Shown here in pieces: positions 36,770-48,556 of a DNA stretch of 64,000 nucleotides. A program made the translations under genes and the position numbers. Under the pieces are notes generated by a model. That model worked only from the letters and a program-made list of their open reading frames with translations. It was not told where the DNA came from and did not search any database. Within the stretch, counting starts at the first letter, position 1; each line of letters begins with the position of its first letter. The DNA is taken from the NCBI GenBank assembly GCA_030704615.1, contig CM060733.1, positions 65,534,001-65,598,000 on the forward strand, given 5' to 3'. Origin of the DNA: Takakia lepidozioides (Eukaryota > Plantae > Bryophyta).

Positions 36770-39700
36770 GGGACAGAAATGCCGCACCGCATATCCGTTC
36801 GGACAGCCATACACCCTTGCCTTCATGACAGAGGGGACAGAAATGCGGTGCCGCATTTCCGTCCGGACTGCCATTAGACCTTGCCTTCATGACAATGGGG
36901 ACGGATATGCGGTGCCGCATTTCAGTCCCCACTACCAGTTACCCTTGCCTCCATAATAGTAGGACGGAAATGTGGCACAAGCATTTCCGTCCCACCTACT
37001 ATACACCCTTGCCTTCATGACAGTAGGGACGGAAAATCGGTTTCGCATTTCCGTCCAGACTGCCCTGAGACCCTTCCTTCATGACATTGGGGACGGAAAT
37101 GCGGTGCCGCATTTCCGTCCGGACTGCCATTGGACCTTGCCTTCATGACAGTGGGGACGGATGGAAATGCGGTGTCATTTCCGTCCTGATTGCCATGGAC
37201 CTTGCCATCATTACAGTGGGGACGGACGGAAATGCTGCATTTCCGTCCGGACTGCCATTGGACCTTGCCTTCACTACAGTGGGGACGGAAACGCAGTGCC
37301 GCTTTTCCATCCGGACTGCCGGAAGACCTTGCATTCATAACAGTGGGGACGCAAATGCGGTGCCGCATTTCGGCCGTCCCCACTACCAGTTACCCTTGCC
37401 TCCATAACAGTGGGATGGAAATGCGGTGCCGCATTTCAATCGCCACTACCAGTTACCCTTGCCTCCATGACAGTGTTCCGTCCCACCTGCCATATACACC
37501 CATTGCCTTCTGGAAATGCGGCGCCGCATTTCTATCCAACGACGATGACTATAGAGAAAAAAAAATTAGGGTTCTGGTTTTTCTTACCCGCCACCCCCTG
37601 TGGTCGGAAAAGCGGCACCACATTTCCATCCAACGGGTAGAGCTAGAAAAAACAAGGAAAATTTTTTTTTTGGATTTTTTTTTCTCTACCCCCTATAGGC
37701 CGAAATGCGGCGCCGCATTTCAATCCAGCGGCGATGAGAAGAGAAAAGAAAATTTTTACGGTTTTTTTTCCCCCCCTCTACCCCCTGTTGTTGGAAATGC
37801 GGCATCGCATTTCGATCCTGCGGGGATGACTAGAGAGGGCAAAAAAAAAAACAAAAAAAACAAACTTCATTTATTTATTTATTTTTTGCCTTTCACCCTA
37901 TGGACGCAAATGCGGCGCCGCATTTCAATCCAACGGCGATGACAAGAGGAAAAAAAAGGTTAGGGTTATTGTTTTTCCTCTCTATTCTCCCTGTTGTTGG
38001 AAATGCGGCGCCGCATTCCATCAAGCGGGGATGACTAGAGAAAAACCAAGTATTTTTTATTTTTTTTTTTTCCCCCACGGCCCCCCCCACCGTATGGACG
38101 GAAATGCGGCGCGCATTTCAATCCAGCGGCGATGACAAGAGGAAGAAAAACGGTTAGGGTTATTTTTTTCCCCCTTCTACCCCTTGTTGTTGGAAATGCG
38201 GCACCGCATTTCCATCCAGCGGGGATGACTAAAAAAGCTGGGGGGGGGGGGGGGGATTTTTTTTGTCCCCACCCCTATGGACGGAAATGCGGCACCGCAT
38301 TTCAATCCAGCGACGATGACAAGAGGAAAAAAAATGGTTAGGATTTTTTTTTTCCCCCCCTTCTATCCCCTGTTGTTGGAAATGCGGCGCCGCATTTCCA
38401 TCCAGCGGGGATGACTAAGGGCAGACGGGGGTGGGGGCAAAAAAAAAAAATTTGTCCCACCCCTATGGGCGGAAATGCGGCGCCGCATTTCAATACAGCG
38501 GCGATGACAAGAGGAAAAAAACGGTTAGGGTTTTTTTTTTCCCCCTTCATCCCCTGTTGTTGGAAATGTAGCGGGGATGACTAGAGGGGGGCAGGGGAGG
38601 GGGGAAAAAACAAACAAAGAAAAAACAAAAACTTTTTTTGTCCCCACCCCTATGGACGGAAATGCGGCGCCGCATTTCAATTTAGTGGCGATGACAAGAA
38701 AAAATAAAGTTAGGGTTGCTTTCCCCCCCCCCTCTACCCTCTTGTTGGAAATGCGGCGCCGCATTTCCATCTAGCGGGGATGACAAGAGAAAAAAAAAAA
38801 AAAAAAGATAAACTGAGAATTTTTATTTCTTGTTTTCACCCCCTTCGGATGGAAATGCGGCACCGCATTTCAATCCAGCGGCGATGACTAGAGGAAAAAC
38901 AATCAGGGGTTATTTCCCCCCTCCCCCCTGTGGTTGAAAATGCGGCGCCGCAATTACCATCCAGCGGGAATGACTAGAGGGGAAAAAAAAAAAAACACCG
39001 TCAAACGACTTTCAAAGAGCACGGGTGGATGGCAGTCGAGACGAAATGCGGCACCGCATTTCCGTCCTGACTCACATCCCCCTTTGCACGATGATCATCA
39101 TTTGGGGAAAAGAGGTGGGCGGGATGAACCTGGCGACGAAAATGCGCTGCCGCATTTTTGTCCGGACTGACACCTACCGATCACTTTATACCTAGTGGGA
39201 CGGAAATGCGGCACCGCATTTCCATCCGGGTTCCCACTGAACCATGCCTTCCTACCATTGTGGATGGATATGTGGTGCCGCATTTCCGTCCTAATTGACA
39301 CCTAAGCATCCTTGACACATGGTGGGATGATAATCCGGTGCCGCATTTCCGTCCGGGCTCCCATTCCACCATGCATTTTTAACAGTCTGGACGGAAATGC
39401 GTTGCCGCATTTTCGTCCGGACTGACACCTAAGCATCCCTTAACACCTGGTGGGACGGAAATACGGCGCCGCATTTCCGTTTGGGGTCCCACTGGACCAT
39501 GCCTTTCTACCATTGTGGATGGAAATGCGGTGCCGCATTTCCTAACTCACACCTAAGTATCCTTGATACATGGTGGGATGATAATCCGGTGCCGCATTTC
39601 CGTCCGGGCTCCCATTCCACCATGCATTTTTAACAGTCTGGACGGAAATGCGGTGCACATTTCCGTCTGGGCTCCAACTGTACGATCCCTAAACAGGTGG

Positions 39701-40290
39701 TCAGATCCCCATCCAGACATTGCTTTCCCGAGAGTCTGGACGGAAACGCGCCACCGTATTTCCGTCCGGACTGATAGTGGACCATCCCTTCATTTTTGGT
39801 GGGACGGAAATGCGGTGCCGCATTTTCGTCTAGAAGACCACTTCAGTTTGCGTACTTGGCAGTTGAAGGGAAATGCGACGCCGCATTTCCGTCCGGACTG
39901 TCATTGTACATTTTCTTAATGACAGCTTCGACGGAATTGCGGTGCCGCATTCCAGGCCCGCTACCACTTACTCTGGCAGACAGGACAGCGAAACGGAAGT
40001 GTGGCACCGCATTCCCGTCGAACTTGCCAAACAACCTTTTCTTCATGATAGGATGGCCGCAAATCCAACCATCCAGCCTTACCATCCTGAGAATAGGGAC
40101 GGAAAAGCGGTGCCGTATTTCCGTCCCAGCTGCCCTCCACGCTTGCCTTCAGTAAAGAGGGTTCACAAAGGGGACGGAAATGCGGTACCGCATTTACCAC
40201 TGACTGCCATCCTCCCTGGCATCTTTATCCTCTTTCGTGATGCAGTAGGGAGGTATCCTGATCGAACGGCCACTAATGCCGCATCGCATT
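36770..40290. repeat. Array of about 45 copies of the palindrome GGAAATGCGGCGCCGCATTTCC
   Basis: Counted by eye. Perfect copies at e.g. 38378 and 38747; many extend to GGACGGAAAT...ATTTCCGTCC. Period ~63-65 bp in the flanking blocks and ~90-100 bp in the central block. Confidence 0.95.
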
Positions 40291-40759
40291 TGGTCTGTTG
40301 ACTCATAGAGGCTGAAATGGCAGTTGAAGGGGTCATTGCCAAACATATTCGGAGGCGGTAATGCCGGACCGTTGTGCATCATCACTGATTGTCCAACAGA
40401 CACTAGACCTCTATTTCTTCGAATTCAATTTTCCAGCGACGTAGGGGCCACCTGCCTCACGAGGAGACACGTAGGCCCTGACCTTTCGAATCCATACGGT
40501 GCATCTCCGCCGTTTGATGTCATCTTTCGCTGGTGACTCTTTCACTGCTCTAACACCCCTTCCAACACCATTTTTCCTCATTTCTTCTCTTTAGTTTCTC
40601 TTATGTTGCACAGCCTCATAGTGAGGTGGTGGAGGGATCGTAGGGCTCTGAAGACCCGCAGGACGAAAAGGAGGAAGCTACTGCAGCCCGCATACACCCT
40701 CGACCTTCTAGCATGGGTCCTCCTGTCGGGCCTAACCTTGTGCGCTTCAAGGACGTGCT

Positions 40760-42370
40760 TTGGAAAAGGTAAAGGTTTCAAGTCGAAAGCAGCAGCAGAG
40801 AAAGAGGCAATTTGACGATGAAGATGATGGAGAGTCGCCAACATGGGTCGTCCCCTTCTCCAAAAAATTAAAGAGCATGAAGCATCAGGCGGTTGTTGAG
40901 GAATATACTACCCCATCGGATCAGTCCCTTCCCCTACGAAGAGCAAGAAGTAGACGGGGCGGTGGAGAATCGGAAGAACGGAGGAGTCCCCTTCCCTTGC
41001 AAAGAGTAAGAAGCGAAAGCAAGGGCAGAGCAGTCTCCAGCAAAACCCCTCCACATGTTGAAGCTCAGTTCTTGCAGGAGTTTCAGAAGGAAACCGGGGG
41101 CAACTCTGCAGAAGCTCGGGCAGCTGCTCCGATGACGATCTCTAGCACTCCTGTCCTGGTCGATCTTTCAGCGGATGAAGGTGTTGTTTCTTAACATGGG
41201 GAGCTTGACTTCTCCTACCTAGAATAGGACTTTCGTGACAATAGGGGAGGTATGGATGACTACATTCTCCCACATGATCTGCCCGGCTACATTCCCAAGA
41301 ATACAGGCACGGCTCTGGGTGGTCCATCTGAACAGCCCCTTCCCCCACCCCCAAAAATGTCGCAAGAGGATTTTCAGAGTGCAGAGAATCAAATGTTGGA
41401 GGAGACTCACAGCAGCATTGGCACAGTTCTTAGGACCAAGGTCTTCCCTTGCACACTGCGAATTCCACTCTGTCGAATGGTCTCCCTCCTGATAGTGAGG
41501 CTTGCTCTCGCAAGGGATGTGGATAAGATGAAGTTCGCATTCCAAGAAGGCTATTGGCTGGGGTCTGCCGCCTTCTATGTTTCCATTGAGAATGAGGAAG
41601 GTGGATCGCATGCCCGACACAGAAGAGTTAGCAGCCTAGGGTCCCCACTACCACACTCGCAACACGGAATTCAAAAAAATGCTGAAGGATGATGGCGGTG
41701 TTTGGTGGCCAGCCAAAATCCCTCTCTAACCCCTCTTACTATAAAAGCTGTGAAAACTGGCTCAGCAAAAGAAGACACTCTTCAACCTCCCGGGGGGGGC
41801 ACCCGTGCGAGCTAGTGGAAATGAAGGGCAGGCCAAAGTTTGGAGCCAAAAACAGTGATTCAGTGTGCGAATGAGAGTTTTTTGAGGGCATTGGATGGCC
41901 GGCCGGCCGCCAAGTTAGCACACATCAAGCAAATGGAAGGCCTGAAAGCCAAAGCTCTAAGGAAGGCGACTACAGAAGAGCCTGTAGACACTCCAGGATT
42001 TGTAGCCATGATGGATTTCTTTGCAATGACAAGTGAAGGGAAGAATTGCATGAGGCGTGGAAAACGGACTGACTGGTCATTGATTTGATCATCTTTGGAT
42101 ATTCCAGATGGAGAGCCTCTGGAAGGACTGGATATTTGTGCCCTCTTGGAGCAAGTATTTCTGAGGACTTTTGGAAGAAAGGGTTTGGGCTAGCCTGCAT
42201 GGTATTGGATGACAAAGGTTGTGTGGTGGTCCTTGCCAGCAAAGGCAAAAACACAGAGGCGGGAATTGCCAAGTGGACCCGTAAGAGTGGCGTCCCAATT
42301 CTGAAGAAGATGTGGACCTGCATCAACTCAATGGGCCTTCGCTCCAAGGGAAACCAGATAATTACCGTAC
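40760..42370 (+). pseudogene. Deleted paralogue of the ParB-like/methyltransferase-like gene
   Basis: IPLCRMV..VRLALARDVDKMKFAFQEGYWLGSAAFYVS corresponds to KLEAEFVHGYLDGSAVFYVS at ~63950-64000(-). DLII/LDIPDG (~42082-42112) and KMWTCINSM correspond to ELIILDIPDG and KTWNCVNSM at 61260-61520(-). Confidence 0.8.
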
Positions 42371-43021
42371 TGCCAACAGAAACCGGTTGGCTTGTAACTG
42401 TGGATTGGAATGCGGTGCCAAATTCTGCTTATGAATGGGGTCCATTGGATTTCGGCGGCACGGCATCCTTGCAAAGGAATTGCGGACGATGCTACAGGAA
42501 CAGTATTTCAGCACTCAGGAGACTATGTATGGAGATGAGAATGAGTTTGCAGACATTGCCCTTCATTGCTTATACTCCACAAGATATTTGATTTCCCCCC
42601 TTACAGGGACTTGCACGGATGAAGATTGGCGGCTCTATGAATGGAGCCGTTTTCAGTTTCCATCTGTGCCATGGAAACCATGCGCCGCTTTTCTCATCGG
42701 ACTGTACGTACCCGGTGGAAATAAGGTGCCGCAATTGCTTTCGCGGATCCTATGACCGCGGATAAGTACCCTATTCCTGTGGACAATCATTTCTGAAAAA
42801 AATTACTGCTCATGATTTTTTCGGCAGTTACGAGTCTGCTCATGGCTCATGGCTCATGAAATAGCAGCCCCCGATCCTGGTATGACTGCATCATCATGCC
42901 TTAGCATGTTTGCATAATTGCTTTGCATGACTAGGCCATAAGACAGAACAACTCGGGCGAGACTTCATGTTCTCCACTCCCTTGGACAGAGAGAATTGTC
43001 TCCCGATGCCTAAGACAACAT

Positions 43022-44163
43022 ATGGAGACGACTCAGATTCATCAGATGGAAGGCGACCTGGTGGGGGAAGACCTCATTGCCACGCAGGAAGGCCTCAGTG
43101 GGGACCACCAGATTATACTGGTGGACATGCCAGACCTCAAAAGCAGGGTATCCTGCATGGAAGATAGCGGAATCCTCGTCCACTTCCCTGGTAAGAAAGT
43201 GGGTAGATCATTTGTGAGGGACTGGGCTATCAAGCACTTGGGAGGGGGGGGTGAGCTCTTGCATCATTTCTGCCACGCCAAGGGCAGAGGCTTCTTTTCC
43301 ATGCAATTTGAGACTCAAGAGGCAGCGGCAAAAGCCCTCCAGATGAACCACACTTGCTGGGGTTTAAAATAAATATCTTTCCATGGTCAGCAAAGTGGGG
43401 ACACAAAAACGGGAAGTTGTGGGGTCCAAGAATAGTATCTCTTCCGTATATTCCAGACCAGTATCTTCTCAACATCCCTGACATTGCCAACCACTTTGGA
43501 TCCTTTCTGGGTTGCCTGGGAGTGTTTGATCCACTCATCAACACTGACAGCATTAGAAAATACCCGGCATGGAAACATGCCACAATAGCATCAAGGCCAA
43601 ATGATAATGGATTCGCAAAAATGGTGCTTATGATGTCGGAGGAAGACACAATCCCGGACTATGTAAGACTCCCCATCGATGAGGAAGGTAATTACTTTAC
43701 AATCAGACTGTTGGAGGAGAAGACCTCGGCAGCGTGTTTCAACTGTGGAAAAACAGGCCATATCAAAGCTGACTGTCCCTCGGGGAAAATGAAAAGATCC
43801 CCAGGATCAGGAGGCAAGTCAGGCCCACTACCGCCACTCAACCAGCAATGGAGAAAAAAAGACGCCCTGCCCCAAGCTGGGCAAAAGGAGGCACACGGAA
43901 ACATAGCCCAGAACACAGACCTGCTGCAGATCAGTCCAACGCCAAGGGAACCAAGGACACATGGACAACACTCAGATCCCATGTATCTCGAAGCTGGGAA
44001 GATGCTCCCACCAGCACACAAAGGGAAAGGAAAATATACTGAGCAAGGGAGGGAAAGGCAACCCAAATCCCAGAAGGCTGGCCTGAAACCGGAATTGGAT
44101 CCAAGGGGCATTTACAAAAGCATGCAGTCAGGCATAGCCAGCAACTTGAGGAGCAGCTGGTGA
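43022..44163 (+). mobile_element. L1-clade LINE ORF1 fragment (DUF4283/RRM-like plus CCHC knuckle)
   Basis: KGRGFFSMQFETQEAAAKAL..INIFPW and CFNCGKTGHIKADC. One frameshift at ~43360. No ORF2 follows. Confidence 0.7.
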
Positions 44164-44270
44164 CTACTTATTTGCATGCCAGGACTCTGATTTTCCAGTC
44201 TTCATCACAGGAGTTTGTCAATATTGGAACTCAGGTCATACACTTGAGTTTGCAGGCCTTCCACATCATC

Positions 44271-44990
44271 CTATAACTCCGCTATCCTACTATAGACATT
44301 GTCTATAGTAGTTATGGCAATGTTCTGCACCTGCAATCTAAGATCATTCATCTCCCCCTGAGTAAGCTTCCGTGGTGCCTTCCTTTCTACCGGGCCTTGT
44401 GTTAACCATACTTGCATAAGATGATTATCCACCAAGTCATGTGTAGCACCCCTGAGAGCCTGCTCTTCCTTGAGTCTGTACACATCTAACTGCTGTTGTA
44501 AAGCCTCCATGCGCTTCGCATGAGGTTCAACCAGGGCCGCATAGGCAGCAGCCAGATTATTGGCTTCCTTCCAAACCTTGTTAGCCACAGAGAGTTCATT
44601 CTTGTGGGCCGTGAGTGATTGTTGCAACTGCACGATGAACCTTTCCTTCTCAGCCTCAACCTGACTGTACTGTTGGAAAGTATCATCATTACGACGGAGA
44701 GTAGCCTTCAGATCAACAATAAGTTTTTTCTGCTCTATCCTCATGCTGCACCTGCAATTAGTATAGCTGTTGCTTATGTGCTTCATGCAATTTCCCTTGC
44801 TCCAGACCCGCTTCAATCAAATTCCGTTTTGCTAGCTGCAGGGCAGCCTTGGTGTCCTCCAATTCTTTCTGCAACTTGAGGTTGGCCTCCACATCCACCT
44901 TGTTTGCACACTCAGTGGCAATTCTAGCCTCAAACTCTTGCTTGAGTTCCTCCCTCAAAGCTGCCAATTGTGTAGATGGAACATGGGATT
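44271..44990 (-). pseudogene. Coiled-coil ORF abutting gypsy gag, probably an accessory ORF of the element
   Basis: ORFs 44758-44994 and 44271-44816 are heptad-rich (E/K/Q/L/A) and start exactly where gag homology to the 54350-59614 copy ends. Confidence 0.45.
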
Positions 44991-47850
44991 TCACATAAGT
45001 GCCACATCACTGTCATCTTCATTAACATCTTCTTCCTCATCCACTGAAGGTAATAGTTTGGCTTTGCTTCTAGTAACTATCATTGTACTTACTTCTGGTA
45101 CAAAACATGGCATAACCATGTGAGCCGCCACTACTGGGCCTTCATTCACAGGAGCTCTCATCTCAATCTGGTTTTTGATCCAGAATGGACAGGTTGCCTT
45201 GCGATGTCTTGCCTGGTTACAATAGTAACACAGTTCTTCACCATTGGGTCCTCGCCCTTGGTCTATTCTGGGATTATTTCTATAATCCTGATTCCCTGGC
45301 TGGTAATTCCCCCTTGGATTACCTTGATAGTTGCCTCTGGAATCGCCTTGGTAATTCCCTCTTGGATTACCTATTCCTGCCATACCATTGTTATATCCAC
45401 CAGGCCTACCATAGTGGTCCTTGTCATTGTTTCTTCTTGGCTGGGGTTGCACTTGATGCACCCATACTTGCCTAGGTTCTCTTGTAGCTGTCCTTCTATT
45501 ATAATAACAATTCTCAGTAGAATGGTTATCCATTTTACAGATAGTACAGTGTTTCTCCTTCATGTGGCATTCAGCTGTGGTGTGGCCTTCATTTTGGGAC
45601 TTTGTACACCAAACACCCTTCCTCCAATGTGTTGCAGCCTCTGTGGCGTACTTTTTCAAGATTTCTTCCAATCTTTTTTCATAGTTGTTCCTCTTCAACT
45701 TTTCCTTCTTCTTGCTCTTCTTCCTGAGCTCTTGCTCTTCTTCCTCATCTGACTCATCTTCAGAGTCATCATCATCCCTCTTATCTCTCCTGAGCATTCC
45801 CAATTGCTCAATTCTATTGGTTGTTTCGAATGCCTCCTCCACTGCATTATGGGGTAGCATATCCACTTTCCTTTGTAATTCAGGTCTTAGTCCACTCACA
45901 AACCAAGTCTTCTGTAATCCTGGTGCTAGTACCGCAGCCAGCTTTTTTATCATTAACTCTATTTTCTCCATATATTCTTCAACAGTTTCATGCTTATTTT
46001 GCCTCAACTGTTGTAAACTCCCATACACTTCATCCTCAGTTTTGCTTGTCCTGAACCTGTTTTGGAATGTTGTACTAAGGCCATTCCAGGTTAGGAAATG
46101 ATTACTAGGAAACCTTGCATACCATTCACTTGCTTTCTTGATAAGTGAACAAGGAAACAGTCTCATTTTGGCATCATCGCCATTCTCATTGTTCACAATA
46201 CACATGTGCTCAAATTGGCTGATGTGTCTATCAGGATCCCCTTTTCCTACATATATTGGAAAAGGTGGCTTTGCCCGTGTTGGAGGTATCGCCATCTGTG
46301 GCCCTACACCCTGCCTTTTGACAGGTGCTGGTCCTCCTGTAGGTGCTGGTCCTTGAGGACCTGTTGTTGTAGTGGTGGAACTCCCACCAGGTGTTGGCCC
46401 CCCTGAGCACTCCCTGGTACTGGCCCCCCTGTACTTGCAATACCCTCAGCTCTAGTTGCACTACTTCCCACACTCCCTGTCCCCCCAGAGCCAAATCCAA
46501 GCTGCCCGCCTGATCCCCCTGAGCCGACACCTATGTTGGCCTGTGATCCAAGTGCTCCACTTGATCCAGGTCCAACAGGTTGGGATGTCCTGGTTGTAGT
46601 CTTAACCTCAACTGTTGGGTCTACTTCTTCATACTCTTCATCTTCCAAATTCTTCTCTCTATTTTCATCTTCCAAGTTCTTCTCTTGGATTTCTTCTTCC
46701 TCACTCATATAACTCAACTGCAGTGGTGTTGGAGAGTCTGAACTCTCCGTTGGCTCCGCCACATCTTCCTCTCCTTCTTTGTCTTGTGTTTCAAAAACTG
46801 GAGTTCCTACTCTTGGTGTTCCATGCCAACTCTGATCAAAGATTTTTGTCAATTCTTTAACCCAGGGATGTACCTCAGATCTTTCCCCTCATGGCTGATC
46901 TTCTTCCTGTACCAAATCCCCTAATCTTTCTTGTAAAGAATAAGAAGGAGTAGCATCCAACTCTGGTTCTTCCGGTATGGGTGATGTACTCTCTGGCCTT
47001 AATGGTGTGAGAGGTCCAGATGATTCCCCTATGTCTATTCCTCTCTCCCAAAGATATGGATAATTAGGTTTCAAATAACTTTCTATTTTCGCTGAATATC
47101 TGTGGAGTCTAACTTCCCTTTCATCACTCATGTCCCATGTCTTTCATATCTTTAATGAGGCAATAAACCAAAAACTCTCTCTGTAGTATCTCTCGTATAT
47201 GCCTAGATTTCTTTCAAGCTTTAATGCACCCTTGGCTATACTAGAAGGGTCCGTTACCATATAACCATATGGCAAGCACGTCTGAAAAGCTGTTCTTGGT
47301 GTAAGTTTGATCCACAAGATATCCTTAGGAATCCAATTCTTTACCAGTTCAAATTCTTCATGCATGTGAGTGCAAACATTCACCTTCCGTTCCTCCCAGC
47401 TTTCAAACTCCACTTGTTTAATGGATAATAATGCTATCACATAAACCAGTGTTGGTAACCAACTTGCTCTCCCTCTACAGGCCACTTGATAAATCTTTAT
47501 CACTCCTTTCTCCAGACCCCACTCTGGATCAGCATCATGCACTCTCTTAAGGATGTTTTCCTTGCAACCGTCTGGCAATTCCAAGAACCTCTGAAAGAAT
47601 TGTTTGGACAATCTTTCTTTCTCAGTTTCACAGGGAATTTGATTCACATCAAATTCCTTGATTCTCCATCCACCATGATCCCACCAGATGTCTGTCACAT
47701 CTGGTTGTTCTTGACTCAGTTCCCTAGTATGGTCGCCAAATGTCGAGCAGCTTTTACTCACCCATCCCTTAGCTATCCGAGGTGGTAACTCCAAGATAGA
47801 AGAGTTGGAAATCTCTAAGTACTCAGCCCGCTCAGAACAACCAGTCATGA
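44991..47850 (-). mobile_element. Ty3/gypsy 5' part: extra 5' ORF region plus gag, pol missing
   Basis: gag GDPDRHISQF..LFPCSL..ASEWY..LQQLRQNKHETVEEY with Zn knuckles (CTICKMDNHSTENC, CYYCNQARHRKATC). Upstream ORFs 46304-46852, 46889-47131 and 47144-47848. Highly similar to 58130-59614. Confidence 0.88.
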
Positions 47851-47859
47851 CCTACAACT

Positions 47860-48236
47860 AGTGTATCATGGGGGTGCTTCCTATTTGTATTCCTTCTCGC
47901 GATGTTTTTATTTCGAACGTCATGTCAATGTGGGCTTGATGTTGAGTTGAATGGGGTTTGCAAGTTCAACTGTCGTCTGACCCTAAATATATTACCTTGT
48001 CAGCACAATGGCTTGTGAGGGCTACAATTTTGTGTCTCTTTCCTGTCCTGCACAAAGTTTTACAGTGGTGACGTGGAATAACGACGCCGTAATACCTCAT
48101 TCCGCATCCTGGACCAGGAGAAACAAACCATATTATCGAGGTAAGAGGACATAACACCGTCAATAAAGGCACGAAAATTCCAATTCCGCGGATGCCCGCT
48201 CATAGGCTCATGGGCTCATGAAATAGTAAACCTCCC
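47860..48236. mobile_element. Isolated terminal fragment of the TIR family
   Basis: GCTCATGAAATAGTAAACCTCCC (48214-48236) is the exact reverse complement of 34844-34866, with GCTCAT subterminal repeats. The left boundary is uncertain. Confidence 0.75.
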
Positions 48237-48556
48237 AATGCTGCAGTGCCAGGGGTAACTACTGATCCTGCTGATTGTCTTCTCTCTTTTCCAAGGACCC
48301 GGTATGTGCCTGGAAGGACTCTCCACTTCCTTCCACACTCGCCAACCAATGGTTTCTCCAAGTGCCCAGAATCCAAATTCCCATCCTCGTCATACACCTC
48401 TTTTTGAACAAGCAGAGAACCCAATTCTAGCGGGAACACTGTAACCAGCTCATCCTCATGAACAACTGCAAACCCATCATCATCTGCAGTGGCAGTCAGT
48501 GGAAGACTACCTGCATTGGAATGAAATCGAGCGAGTCTATCTCGCTCCCTGGACAT
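48237..48556 (-). pseudogene. 5' part of an unknown ORF interrupted by the TIR end at 48236
   Basis: ATG-initiated ORF MSRERDRLARFHS...WRVLPGTYRVLG runs into the TIR. No family recognised. Confidence 0.35.

Larger units (their letters stand above)
34844..42872. mobile_element. Complete but internally deleted TIR DNA transposon with target-site duplication
   Basis: Left end (GG)GAGGTTTACTATTTCATGAGC; right end reverse complement GGGGGCTGCTATTTCATGAGC; both carry CATGAGC subterminal repeats. GATCCTGG flanks both sides (34838-34845 and 42873-42880). Confidence 0.88.

Noticed and set aside
36770-40290. CRISPR-like array of palindromic repeats with spacers
   Set aside because: Spacers are related to each other rather than unique, the repeats are degenerate, no cas genes are present, and the context is a eukaryotic transposon.
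36500-40300. Numerous ORFs containing MRCRIS / KCGAAF / GNAAPHF
   Set aside because: They are translations of the palindrome array in all frames, not genes.
34844-48236. Pairing the 34844 TIR with the perfectly matching 48236 TIR as one 13.4-kb element
   Set aside because: No target-site duplication flanks that pair, whereas GATCCTGG flanks 34844-42872.
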